Below, piece by piece: positions 12,053 through 24,574 of a stretch of DNA of 33,177 nucleotides. A model generated the notes under the pieces. The model was not told the DNA's origin, did not search any database, and saw nothing but the letters and a program-made list of their open reading frames with translations. The translations under genes were made by a program, and so were the position numbers. The DNA is taken from NCBI GenBank assembly GCA_032718475.1, contig JAUCBJ010006296.1:1-33177 (forward strand), written 5' to 3'. Source of the DNA: Nemertoderma westbladi (lineage: Eukaryota; Animalia; Xenacoelomorpha). How positions within the stretch are numbered: position 1 is the first letter of the stretch; each line of letters starts with the position of its first letter.

Positions 12053-13789
12053 GGCACTAGTATAGCCTGTGTGACCATATTTGAACTATAAAAAAACTTT
12101 AGTATATAAGTTTTTTATGGTAGCACTGTAATGTTTTTTTACTAGCTAGTATTTTTAAGTTATAAAAAAAATGTGATAACATTGATATTTCAGGTTTAAA
12201 TATTTGTTGCAGAATTTGTATTAATGACCAAAAATATTAATGATATTTATTGTAATAGGTTACAGTATTTTTATTTTCAAAACATACTACCTAGTAAAAG
12301 AAAAACGGTAGCTATATAGGCCTACCATTGAAAATATGTACTAAGGTTCTAGAATATTCACCAATATTAAAAAACACTCAAAAAAACAATATTATTTTTT
12401 TTTCAAGAATAAGATATAAAAAAAAACACTAGCTAACATAAAAAATATCGGCACTACTGAACTTTAGGGCCCAAAAATTGATTGGAACTAAACAAATATT
12501 ATTGTAAAAGAGATTCAGTTGATGGTATATTTTTTAGCATCATTTACGTTTTTTAATACTCAACTGCATTTTATTAAATAATTGATTTCTAGAATATACT
12601 TTAATTAAATAACATTTGAAGAATAATTGTAACAATATATATTCTAGAATGTCTATTTTACTATAATTAAAACTAAACTAATTAGTACCGCTAGTAAGCT
12701 TACTGCATGTACTGATCTGACGGTTAATACAGAATGATTACTCAGCAGTTATTATTCCCCGGGAAAGAATAACTCAGCAATATAACTCTATGTTAATTTA
12801 GTTATTTTTAATAAGTAATAATATCGGAAAAAAACGATTAATTGGTTAATAACATGACATATTTTTTTAATAATTTGTTATTGTGACAGCCGAATTAATC
12901 CACACAGTATTAATTATGGCACCATTTCATACTAATTAATACTAATTAATACACTGGTATTGCTTGTGTGACGATTATGGAAACTTAAAAAAACGGAAAT
13001 TTTTTTATATTATTTTTGTTATTGGAAAGTGTTCTAGAACATTAGTAGATACGCTTTTTTTATGGTAACTAGTGTTTTTTTACTAGATAATATTTTTTGA
13101 AATTACCTGTATATAAAAATGTGAAAACATTGATATTTCAGGTTTAAACTATTGTGATATATTATGTTATATATTTATGACCAAAAAATATTGATGATAT
13201 TATAACAGTTTACAGTGTATATTAATTTTATTAATTTTGTTTACATTTTCAAAAAATACTAGCTTGTATTAAAACACTAGCTACCATAAAAAAATATCTA
13301 CTAAGGTTCTAGAAAAATCGCCTCCGCTTTGCAGGACATTGCTTTCGCCATGAGGACCAGCCAGTGCATAATCTAGTACTTTGGCAGCCTCATGGAGTGA
13401 ATAAGCATGGTGGACAGCCCATGACTTTCTTGAGACGCATCTTAAAGGACACTGGCCTTGAAGATGCGGATGATCTAGCAAATGTCATTGTTGTGTGTTG
13501 TGGCGGTGCAATTTTGTCGATAAGCCGGCACAGCATTCTTAAAAATGCAGCTGCAATGCAGCATGCCGATCCTAGTAAGGTTCTAGAACATTCACCAATA
13601 TCAAAAAAACATATTACTATTTTTTTGATTTTTTGTTATTTTCAAAAATACTAGCTAGTAAAAAAAACACTAGGTAACATTAAAAAAAAATATCAACTAA
13701 GGTTCTAAAGCATTCACCAATAAAAAAAACTATCAAAAGTAAAAAAAAAATCAATTTTCAAAAATGGTCACACAAGCTATACCAGTGCC
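12053..13789. mobile_element. AT-rich non-autonomous TIR element
   Basis: ggcactagtatagcctgtgtgaccatatttgaa at left matches the reverse complement of ttcaaaaatggtcacacaagctataccagtgcc at right. A second left-arm copy starts near 12951. No clear TSD. Confidence 0.7.
13315..13576 (+). mobile_element. Second 5'-truncated RTE 3' fragment with 12-13-bp TSD
   Basis: Highly similar to the reverse complement of 4711-4976. TSD aaggttctagaa at 13303-13314 and 13577-13588. Confidence 0.92.
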
Positions 13790-13835
13790 ACTATGGCTTT
13801 CTTGTAAATCTAGAGTGAATGTAAAATATCCCTAG

Positions 13836-15544
13836 GCAATGTTGGAATGTTTGGATCTAGTTGGGGAGGTTTCAGTTGCCTGCAAACTGCATTCCATCAA
13901 CCGAAACAGCTCAAGACGATAGTGTCGATTTATTCATCTGACAATCGATACAACCATGACGCACATTACAGAGGGGGACTTGTGCAAGCCAATGGGATGT
14001 TGGCGTGGCACGCGCAGATGTTTGCGTGGATGGCGCGTCCACCATCGGCGGGTGATCATGTTTCCGAGATCGAGTTTAAGGAGCGATGGATGGAACGGCT
14101 GCAAAATATCTGTGGTTGGGGACGCAACTGGTTGCAGCACACTACCGAGGATCAGTACTGGAAACACGGATCCATATCTGCCGATTACGGGAAAGTAAAC
14201 ATCCCTGTGCTTCTAATCGCGGGATGGAATGATCCCTACGTATCAGCCCAACTGCGAATGGCTGGCATGTTGCCTAACGCTCGTATAATAGTCGGACCAT
14301 GGTCCCATCAGTTGCCCGACACAGGAACCCCGGGGCCTCACATTGACTTCTTGGCGCAATGTTTACGATGGTTCAATCAGCAATTGAGGGAAAACAATGA
14401 CGACGGTAATGACCTGGTCACCATGTTCATTATGAAGAGCCATAGACCACAATCTGACCCAGTCCCTGGGAAGTGGGTTGCATTTCAGAATTGGGACGGG
14501 AAATCAACAAGTGAGTCGGGCTCTACTAAACTAATATTCTACACAGGAAATAAGACTCTGGTAACATCGTCATCCGTGGTCGCAGAAAACCGTGTTAGAT
14601 CGGTTCGAATTGAACCAATCACACATGCGTTACGGCCCAGTAAGGTTAGTGCTTGCCCATTCTGTGTGGAAATGTGTTCCAGTGATCAACAACAATCCGA
14701 TGGTGTCAGTGTCTGCTGGGACACTGAACCACTCGTTGATGATGTTACCATAGTTGGCTCGGCTGAAGTTACCGTGATGGTAAAGGTGTTTGGATCATCC
14801 GGCATGGTCTATGCTCGTCTGTGCGATGTTTTTGAGGACAGGGTTAGCACTCTTATAGCCGATGGTGTAATTAATCTCGCGCACCTTGGAGGCCACCATC
14901 CCAATGAAGCGAGATCAGTGGATCCGGGATCCGTCCAAAAGGTCGTGATAACTCTATCCGCTACTGGTTATCAAGTTCTTGCAGGCCACCAAATTCGACT
15001 TGCGATTAATCAAGGCCATTTTCCATCCATATGGCCTTTGCCTAATATCCACGCTATAGAGATATACCAGACGATAGATGCAGAAGAATTATGTAGTTTC
15101 ATTAAGATTCCAACCGTTGATTTGTATAAGTGTTACAATCGTACTTTTGGAGAACCGCATTCCCTTCCTGCAATGCTTTGCAAAGTCTTGGAGAAGAGCA
15201 AAAGACCGAGATACGACCAGAAGCAGTGTGAAGACAAGATGGTATATTCTGAAGTTACTGATAGCGGTTTGGTCCATTATCCAACTATTGGGCTGACCTA
15301 TGGGGAAAGGTCAAAGCGCGAAGAGAGCTTGGTTGGTTACAACCCGACCTCGACTACAGCTAATGTAGAGAACCACATTAGAATGAGTTGGGGCCACAGA
15401 TTTGAGACCGAAATAGAGACAAGGAACACTATGGGATGTTCCTATGATGAGTTTACAATAGAGGATGAAATAGTGGCCCGACTCAATGGCAAAGAGATTT
15501 ACTCGAATTCATCCAGTGAAAGCTTTCCTAGGGGCCTCCTGTAG
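13836..15544 (+). CDS. CocE/NonD-family (peptidase S15-like) serine hydrolase, large terminal exon
   Basis: GNVGMFGSSWGG nucleophile elbow, YWKHGS, GWND (Asp), GPWSH (His) and a C-terminal domain (ARLCDV, GHQIRLAI, WP). Probable acceptor cctag| at 13835, with an in-frame stop just upstream. Confidence 0.88.
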
Positions 15545-16159
15545 AAGAAACTGATTATAAATCTACGCAATTATATTTCGATATTTTTACACAGTTTTGC
15601 GGACCTTTTTTATTATTGTATTTTTAAAAACCTATATACTTTTACATTGTTTTCGTTTAAATGTTTTAATAACACCATAATATAAAATACCATTTTTGAT
15701 ATAAAATTACATGAACTGAAACTACTGTAGTAAAAAATCAGTTATACCTTATTTGCCGTGATATTTAACTAATTGTTCCGAAATATTTTACAATGTAACT
15801 TTAGTTATTAATATCAATGAAGGACTTGGAATAATATCTTAATGAAATACAAAGTCCTTAATGCTTTTCCCTGAACTTGCATTATTCGGACAAGAAGGCA
15901 GAAATTATCAATTAATAGATTGATGTTTGACCCAGGGATACTACTGGTGCAGTGGGCTCCTATGGAATTAGAATTTGTGGTGAGTAACTGGAGAGAGAGA
16001 GCGGCCAACAATTGTGTGAGTCCCAACCGTTTCTGGCCCAACCCTTGGTCACCAGGGAGGCCAGATTGTGAGGGGGGGTGGGGGGGGAGGGATTCTAGAG
16101 TTGGAGGAAATGTTCCACCCCGACCAACCAAGCCATTGTGGGCGGGGTGAACCAGTGCT

Positions 16160-17129
16160 AAACAAGTGTGGGGTGCACCACATATGTGTACTAAACCAGT
16201 GTGGGGTGCACCACATATGTGTACTAAACCAGTGTGGGGTGCACCACATATGTGTACTAAACCAGTGTGGGGTGCACCACATATGTGTACTAAACCAGTG
16301 TGGGGTGCACCACATATGTGTACTAAACCAGTGTGGGGTGCACCACTTATATGTACTAAACCAGTGTGGGGTGCACCACATATGTGTACTAAACCAGTGT
16401 GGGGTGCACCACATATGTGTACTAAACCAGTGTGGGGTGCACCACTTATGTGTACTAAACCAGTGTGGGGTGCACCACATATGTGTACTAAACCTGTGTG
16501 GGGTGCACCACATATGTGTACTAAACCAGTGTGGGGTGCACCACATATGTGTACTAAACCAGTGTGGGGTGCACCACATATGTGTACTAAACCAGTGTGG
16601 GGTGCACCACATATGTGTACTAAACCAGTGTGGGGTGCACCACATATGTGTACTAAACCAGTGTGGGGTGCACCACATATGTGTACTAAACCAGTGTGGG
16701 GTGCACCACATATGTGTACTAAACCAGTGTGGGATGCACCACATATGTGTACTAAACCAGTGTGGGGTGCACCACATATGTGTACTAAACCAGTGTGGGG
16801 TGCACCACATATGTGTACTAAACCAGTGTGGGGTGCACCACATATGTGTACTAAACCAGTGTGGGGTGCACCACATATGTGTACTAAACCAGTGTGGGAT
16901 GCACCACATATGTGTACTAAACCAGTGTGGGGTGCACCACATATGTGTACTAAACCAGTGTGGGGTGCACCACTTATGTGTACTAAACCAGTGTGGGGTG
17001 CACCAATGTAAACTAAACCAGTGTGGGGTGCACCAATGTAAACTAAACCAGTGTGGGGTGCACCAATGTAAACTAAACCAGTGTGGGGTGCACCAATGTA
17101 AACTAAACCAGTAAGGGGAGCACCCATGT
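16160..17129. repeat. Minisatellite: 25 x 33 bp, then 4 x 30-bp variant
   Basis: Unit aaaccagtgtggggtgcaccacatatgtgtact, then aaaccagtgtggggtgcaccaatgtaaact from 16985. Confidence 0.97.
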
Positions 17130-18009
17130 ACGCGTGCGGTACACGGCTACGTACATAAACTCGAGAATAAGTGCCAGGAACATAGATGAATATTCTGTAG
17201 AGGACTCAAATATCCAAATAAACCACAAACACAGGATGCTAATTAACTAGTAATACTATTTTATTGTAGCCCATAAGAACATATTGTTATTGAATAATAA
17301 TTGCACAGATACTTAGTGAAAATAAAGATCATATATACATACATATAAACAATGTTAGTGCTGATGGGTGGAAAGCAAATGTATCAAAAGGTTTACCGGT
17401 ATTAAGGAAATACAAAGACGAAATTAATGAGTATAAAATAATGACATCTTATTAAAATCAATCTAGTTAAATATGTATCGCAAATAAGGGAAGATGATGC
17501 ATTCCTTGATAACCTTTTTATTCGTAAGATAAAGTCTTGGCCTATATAAATTAAAAGTAGAACAAAGATACAGCACAATATTTACAGATTGACTATTAAC
17601 GACAATATTGCATTTAAGGAAGTTATAAAAAATAATACTACAGGGATTATCAGCTATTTGAGTATTTGTTTGCCTTAAACGTCACATGGTTATTATCAGT
17701 TGGTTTTCTCTGGTTCAATAATAAGACCCAGTTATAAATTCTCCGGAATAATATAATTATTGTATATACAGTAAAAAAACAAATATAACAAAAATATTAT
17801 TATATCGAACGATTCGCCTATATAAAAGGATGAATTGAGTATAAAATCACAAAGATTAACTGGTAAATTAATAATTTCAGTGCAAAAATCAAAGTAACTC
17901 TTGCGAAAATCAAAGTAACTCTTAGTTTGTTGTAATAGGAAGGAAAAAATGATTTCAGAAAGTTTGAAGGTAAAACGGGGCTAAAAATAAATATAATGAC
18001 TTCAAGAAA

Positions 18010-18801
18010 CTATTCAACCAACTTCTTGAAACCACTACGGACCCCGAGGATGAAGTTGGTGAAATCGTTGGTGAGATTAAGGTTGTCGACAAGCTCGGTG
18101 ATGTTATCCAAGGGAGGTTCACAGACACTGACCACGTAGACGGAAGTGGCCCCGGATTCCTGGACGGCAATACAGAAACGGAAGGCTTGTTCGGCGTTGG
18201 TACAGTCGATGTGGGTGAAGACAAACTCCACCTGGTCGCTGCAACTCCGGCGAATCTTCAACCCGAGTCGCTCTACGAATAAAGACAACGCCTTCTCGGG
18301 GTTCGTGCAGATCGATTTCGCTTCCATGTGGAGCCGCAACAGCTTCTCCTGCGCAACGAGTTTGTTTTCTATCGCTTTCAACTCGTCTTCGTTAAATTCC
18401 CTGTCCTCTGTGAGGGCGACTGTCTCCTGTTGGATCTCTTCCAGATCTCGCTTGATGATGTTTACTCGATCTATTCGCTCTTCCATTGTCTTTCTGCTCA
18501 GCTCAGCCTGACTCTGCAGCTGGAACAAGGTCTGCTCCAACTTAGATACTTTCTCTTTCCCTTGCTGCATATTGTTCTCGTGCTGCTTCGAGACTTTAGC
18601 CAAGTATTGCAACATTTCGTCGCAGTCTTTGTTGAACGCGTGATCGGTGGAGGAATCAGTAGCCGTATCTACAAGTTGTTCGGAAAAAGCCCCGGGAACG
18701 CGTAGTGCATCCTCTTTCCGAGGCACGCTGACGTATCCAGAGCTCGACGCGTCCCCGTATCCCGGGCAACAATCGCCTTGTTCGAGTTCAGTCGGGTCCA
18801 T
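18010..18801 (-). CDS. SPC25: Kinetochore protein Spc25 (Ndc80 complex)
   Basis: Coiled coil followed by an RWD-like domain LGLKI..FVFTHID..FRFCI..Y.V..CEPPL..LNLTNDFTNFILGVRSGF. Uninterrupted 263-aa ORF. Confidence 0.92.
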   Translation of the reverse strand: MDPTELEQGDCCPGYGDASSSGYVSVPRKEDALRVPGAFSEQLVDTATDSSTDHAFNKDCDEMLQYLAKVSKQHENNMQQGKEKVSKLEQTLFQLQSQAELSRKTMEERIDRVNIIKRDLEEIQQETVALTEDREFNEDELKAIENKLVAQEKLLRLHMEAKSICTNPEKALSLFVERLGLKIRRSCSDQVEFVFTHIDCTNAEQAFRFCIAVQESGATSVYVVSVCEPPLDNITELVDNLNLTNDFTNFILGVRSGFKKLVE

Positions 18802-19075
18802 GCGATGTGAGTTCGGGCAGTACCGATATACACAGTACTGCAGTACAGCAGTAGGTCAACCGGAAAACCAATAAATAAAATTGCTAAATGCTGAAATGCA
18901 ATCAGGAACAGGAACACTGGTCAGCTGGTTACAATTTGTCCATTTTATAGCCAGAATGTGTCCTACATTTATCCATAGAAAACCTGAAAACAATGTTAAA
19001 TTTGGGTAAATCTTTTCGACCTACGCGTAGGCCTACGCGTAGCTACGCGTAGTTCGCAACATTGGGTCATATATC

Positions 19076-19731
19076 GGTACATGCTAAAAAGTGGAATGAG
19101 CTAGAATGACCTAAAATGATCTAGAATGACCGAGAATGAGCTAGAATGACCTAAGAATGACCTAGAATGACCTATGAGGAGATTATAGAATGCAAGAATG
19201 ACCTAAGAATCACCTAGAATGAGCTATGAGGATATGATAGAATGCAATACCGACCTATACCGAGCTGTAACAAGATAAGAATCGAGTCGTTTGAGTCAGG
19301 GATATGAATCGTTTTTTCGAGAGCCAGCAATATGTCGTAGTATGGCGATTTCTAGTAAAGAGCAGGTAGTGGATAAGTTCTTTACTTACAGCGCTTCGGT
19401 TTTGGAAACTACATACCGGAAGCCTATTAGTGCCGGACATAAACAAGGTAGTAAGCAGCATTCTTCTAAGCGAGCATATTACTACAAATAATAGTATTAC
19501 TAATAATAATAGCTCATTCTAGGTGATTCGTATCTTGTTATAGCTCGGTATAGGTCGGTATTGCATTCTATCATCACAATAGAGTTCGTTCTAGGTGATT
19601 CTTATGTCATTCTAGATAATTCTAGATCATTCTTGCATTCTATCATCTTCTCATAGCTCATTCTAGGTCATTCTAGATCATTCTAGGTCATTCTAGATCA
19701 TTCTAGCTTATTCTACTTTTTAGCATGTACC
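19076..19731. mobile_element. MULE/foldback-type MITE, nested
   Basis: TIR ggtacatgctaaaaagt with arms built of ~10-bp ctagaatgac units. 9-bp TSD tcatatatc at 19067-19075 and 19732-19740. Confidence 0.92.
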
Positions 19732-20058
19732 TCATATATCACCAGTTTCAGAGTTTTAACATTAACTACGCGTAGTTGCTACGCGACCTACGCGTAGGTG
19801 CTACGTATAACTACGCGTAGGTGCTACCCATAACTATGCCTATACGTCGTTTATCATTAGTAGGCCTACGTATTCCAAGCGGTTCAGTACTAAAATAAGA
19901 CCATACGGTATGTTCAATAAACAACCCACAACCATCAAATGCTTTCAACAGTAATGCATCCTATACCTGTATACTCTATATAGAGGAATACGCTAAGACT
20001 ACATATACTTCACTTCTTTCTTGCGTTGCGGGTGCTAAAATGTGTTACCGGTAATAAT

Positions 20059-22206
20059 CCCAGCAAAGACACATCCGGCTAATATCCGGATAATATCCAG
20101 CTAAACCCCGCTAAACCCCGCTAGCTTGGTTTTTAGCGTTTTAATATCCAGCTAATAGCTGGATAATAGTATCCGGCAATTCGCTGGAGAAAATATCCAC
20201 TAAATATCTGGAAAAATCCTTGATTTAGCGTCACTTTAGCGTATGAATAAATCGACCTAATAAATAGCGGGATTTTAGCATCAGTTTAGCATGTAGAGAA
20301 GCTAAAACTAGCTGAGAGTAGCGGGATTTTAGCACCAATTTAGTCGCTAAATATAGAAGTAAATAGCGGTGTTCTAGCGACTAAGGGATGGTGGGCGGAG
20401 ACGTGGGGGGGGGGGGGGGGGGGGGGGGGAGTTGTACTTACACAAATCCCATCTCGGCGAATTGATATCTCGTCTCATTGTTAAATTATTATGGATAGGA
20501 CTAAATATGAATTTTGGTTGCCGTCAGCAACCACCCCCCCCCCCCCCCCCCCCCCCCCCTTTTTCTGGATGGATGAGGCCATGTGTACCTGTACAGTATT
20601 CCTCCATAACATATGTACAAACATATCCCAGGAAGCAGAAGACATTCGCCAAAGATATTGAACATTGACATATGGTTACTTATTCAGTTTTCACCCATGA
20701 TGTAATAATCTATGAGACAATGTTTAGATTACAGTAGGTACAACATGCCGATATTACCAGTGAAATACCCCAATTAGCCAATTTGAAATTTTAAAATAAT
20801 GTAATAATTTTAATCACTAGTTGAACGAAATTAAATATGAACCAACACATTCAATAATGATCGTTCACTTTTCATTCAGTTTTACGTCCATTTATTTATA
20901 TCAACAATACAGTACAGTACCTAAAATATGAACGATCATGGCACGATGTTTTAATTTTTATGAACTTTCACAAGTTTACCATAATTAAAGCCATCCCGAT
21001 GACGTTTTTGATAATTAAATGATTTACAACATTAACAAACTAACAACACCTACTAACCAACACATACTAACAACATTAAGCACTTCGCAATTATAACACT
21101 TTTGATATTGCCCCGGATACATACTGTAATACAGTAGAATAAGATAAAACAACAATTTAAATAATCTAATGACAACAAAACACAAATTCATGGGTATGGA
21201 TACAATCGATATAAATTTATATTTAATATTAACTCTCATTCAATATAATGCACTAAGAACAGGTTTGTTGTGCAGATGAAGATGGGAGGAGCTATACCTG
21301 GTGGTGGTGGTGGGAGGGGGGGGGGGGGGGGGAGTTTAAACTCAATCAAAGGAAAAAATTTAGTAATTATCTAAGGGTATAATTTATACAGTAGGCCTAC
21401 CTACAGTGCTACAATATCTCAGGTTACAGTACCTATAGTTGTTATACAGTAGTACAGACAATATGCACTGTATTTAAATTTTCATTTGTACATTTTTGCA
21501 GTGAACAAAAAAAAATATTAAACTGTCAAAAATTAAACTGCATTTACATAAACCACCAACCCCAACCCCCCGACACTACCTCAATTTGCAGAAAACTGAA
21601 ATTATTGGATAGATATATGGTTTCTTGTCTTCGAATAATCGATTAGAAACAGTTTACAATTTATTATTTTTAATAAATTCATAATTATGAATTATCTAAT
21701 ATGGTTGTAAATAAGATCAAATATATAGATTTTAATAATCGAATTAATATTTTTTGATGATCGCTTAAAGTTATATAGGATACTCCTAAGTCTTAATGCA
21801 TTATATATTCTCTTATTATACTCAAACGATTACATCTCAGTTTGTATAGAGTATTGTAGGTGTAGGGCCGTAGGTGTAGGCATAGGGTAGGTAAGGTAGG
21901 CTAACCACTCCAGCCCCCCCCCCCCCCCTCCCCTCCTCTCTCCACAGAGTATGCACAAGGAACGCCATGTGATTGGACAAAGCGAATTTTTTTTAACCTG
22001 GGCAGCTACAAATGCCGCTAAATCCACGCTAAAGTGCCGCTAAGGAACCGCTAAAAACCGGATAATTATCCCGCTAAAAACGCCGCTATAGCGGGGACCA
22101 CTTTTACGGCGATTATCCGGATATTATCTTATAAAAATAGCGGGATATTAGCAGGATGGTACATCCCGCTATTAGCGTGCTAATCGCTGGATATGTATTA
22201 GCTGTA
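20059..22206. mobile_element. EnSpm-like (CCCAG-terminal) non-autonomous element, nested
   Basis: Left end cccagcaaagacacatcc and degenerate right end ggatatgtattagctg. ccgcta/tagcgg subterminal repeats at both ends. Confidence 0.55.
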
Positions 22207-24574
22207 TATGTTTAGAGTTCAAAAATAGTTTACAAAGGAAATAGGCCGATGGTTCTTATCGATTCTCTGTGCTTTTTATTGCCTTTGTTCACGATAGGGC
22301 AAGGATATATTTAATATGTTAACCCCTTGACAAGGGAAGGGGGAGACTAAATTGTTTACCATGATTGGTTGCACTTGTTATTTGACCAAACAATTGAATT
22401 TTATGCAGTATTTATCAGCTTTCGCTTAACCACTTCACCGGTAGATTGGTAGCTTACTACTGTAGAATATTTCAATAATCCAATGGAAACAAAGATGCTT
22501 GAATCATGAGACGTGAATTTTAAGTCTACTTTTTATTCATCCTGTGTTTGTACTGTATGTGAAAGAGCCGAATATTTTTTATTACCAGTGATGTATGTAG
22601 AGATATGAGTTTCCGATTCTGTTATTCCATTTGTCTGATAATCAGATACCTGACATATACCAGTATACCGATACTTGCCTAACAACTCAACCCTACCGGA
22701 CCTGAAATGAAAAATCATTGTTATCAGGACTGCTAGTACTGTAGTAGCACACCTACGCGTAGTTTCAAAATACCTACGCGTAGTTCCAAAATAACTACGC
22801 GTAGTTTTAAAACACCTACGCGTAGTTGTTAAAAAGGCAGTAAGTCTGGCCCTACCGGTAAATGACAGGAATGGAAGTTACAAACTACGCGTAGCTACGC
22901 GTAGCTACGCGTAGGCCTACGCGTAGGTCGAAAAGATTTACCCTTAAATTTATCCATAGAAAACAATGTTACATTTCATTTCAAAACAGGCAGCGCAGCG
23001 GCAGCGAAATTCTTACTTTGGCATTACCGTATATCAAAATAATTATTAAGCAGTGTAGGCCCGAATAAACATTATATATTGAGGTTTAGATGGAGTGCAA
23101 TGGAAGGGGAAAATTTATTTCATGGGACGGGTAGTTTGTCTGGTGTCCGGTGGAGTACAGAGTGAGCGGCATGTGATGGGAATGGTTAAGCGCGTTTTAT
23201 TTGTCTGTTAGAGTTTGCACTTTTGAAAACACTGTGCGCTCGTTTTGGGCGCTTTCAGTTAGGGTAGGTTTCTTAAAAAGGAAGTTTTTTTTCTTCCTAT
23301 ATAGGAAGGAAATCGTGCTTCATATATAGGATCAAGTTTTTGCCATTTTTCTGAACATTTTCTTAATTATCTTTTGAAATAAATTTTAGCGGCATATTTG
23401 AAATCCTGGCTATTGGGGGATAATCTTTTCTACGCTAGTTGTGAAAAAAAAACTAAAAAAAAACTATCTGTGCGTTCTCTTTCTATAGCCATTTTAAAAA
23501 CGTTACTTTTTCGAAGAATTTTTTATATAGGAAATCTTTTTTGGACTTCCTATTTAGGAGTTTACCTTTTTTAACCGTTTTAAATTTTATGTATAGATTT
23601 TTCTTAATTAAGAAAAAATATTCTCCAGCAGTTCATTACAAATAGATGGACTTGGGCTGGGATAGGTACCTGGAACCTGTATGTACCCCCCACCCTGCCT
23701 TGGCTATATGGTTTGCATTTGCAGACAATATAAAACTACATGATTCCCACAGAGGGATGCAGTGATGCTTGATGCGGAGGGTTTTTTTTTATAATAATAA
23801 TCAGATTGGGCCTAATAATTATTCTTGCAATATTATTTTTACAATAATTAATACAATATAATTTTACGATTATAATTATTAATAATTATTCATGCAATAA
23901 ATTTTTTTTTAAATAATTAATAAAAATTATTAAAATTAAATTGCACTAAATTTACACATGGGTGAAAAATATTTATTAACATTAAAAAAACAATATATAT
24001 TATTATACAATTATTTCCTATCAGGACGCCATGCGTCAATAGTGACAACAAAACAATATATATAAACAAGTAATAGTAATCGAACATAGTATAATCAAAA
24101 CAATAATTAATCCTCATCCTAAATCGTACCTATATATCCAGCACTAGAAAGTTAGATCGGTATATAACGAACCAAACAGCTGACACAATAAACCCCTCAC
24201 CGTGGTGGCAATGTGTAATAATAGATAAATAGTCCAAGAGTTATATCAACACATTGAGTTTATAGCTTGCAATAAAAATTTCCAATTAATAAAAATTTAT
24301 AATAATAATTGTAAAAATTACCAGTAGTTACGGAAAAAATTATTTCAAGAGAAATAAGAGAAGTATTTAAATTGATAAGTCAAAAAAATAAAAATAATGC
24401 CCTTTAAATGCGTCAGGAATTGAATTTACTAAAACTCATAAAATAATTAGTTTATGTTGAGAAACATGATGCACAAAATCTAATCTGGGGACCATATATC
24501 TCTCTGTAAGACTCACCTTTGCCTGAGCTAAACGATTCCTTGATACAGGCAGCAATACCTGAACTTGAAGTTTA

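Larger units (their letters stand above)
19004..22943. mobile_element. Non-autonomous DNA transposon, ~50-bp TIR, 8-bp TSD (superfamily uncertain: Merlin/MULE/hAT)
   Basis: TIR gggtaaatcttttcgacctacgcgtaggcctacgcgtagctacgcgtag. TSD ttaaattt at 18996-19003 and 22944-22951. Confidence 0.92.

Noticed and set aside
15814-17127. Long Cys/His-rich ORFs, or a CRISPR array
   Set aside because: These come from a stop-free 33-bp unit open in four frames. There are no unique spacers and no cas genes.
19020-19055. ACGCGT cell-cycle boxes for SPC25
   Set aside because: They are part of the transposon TIR, and MCB boxes are a fungal motif.
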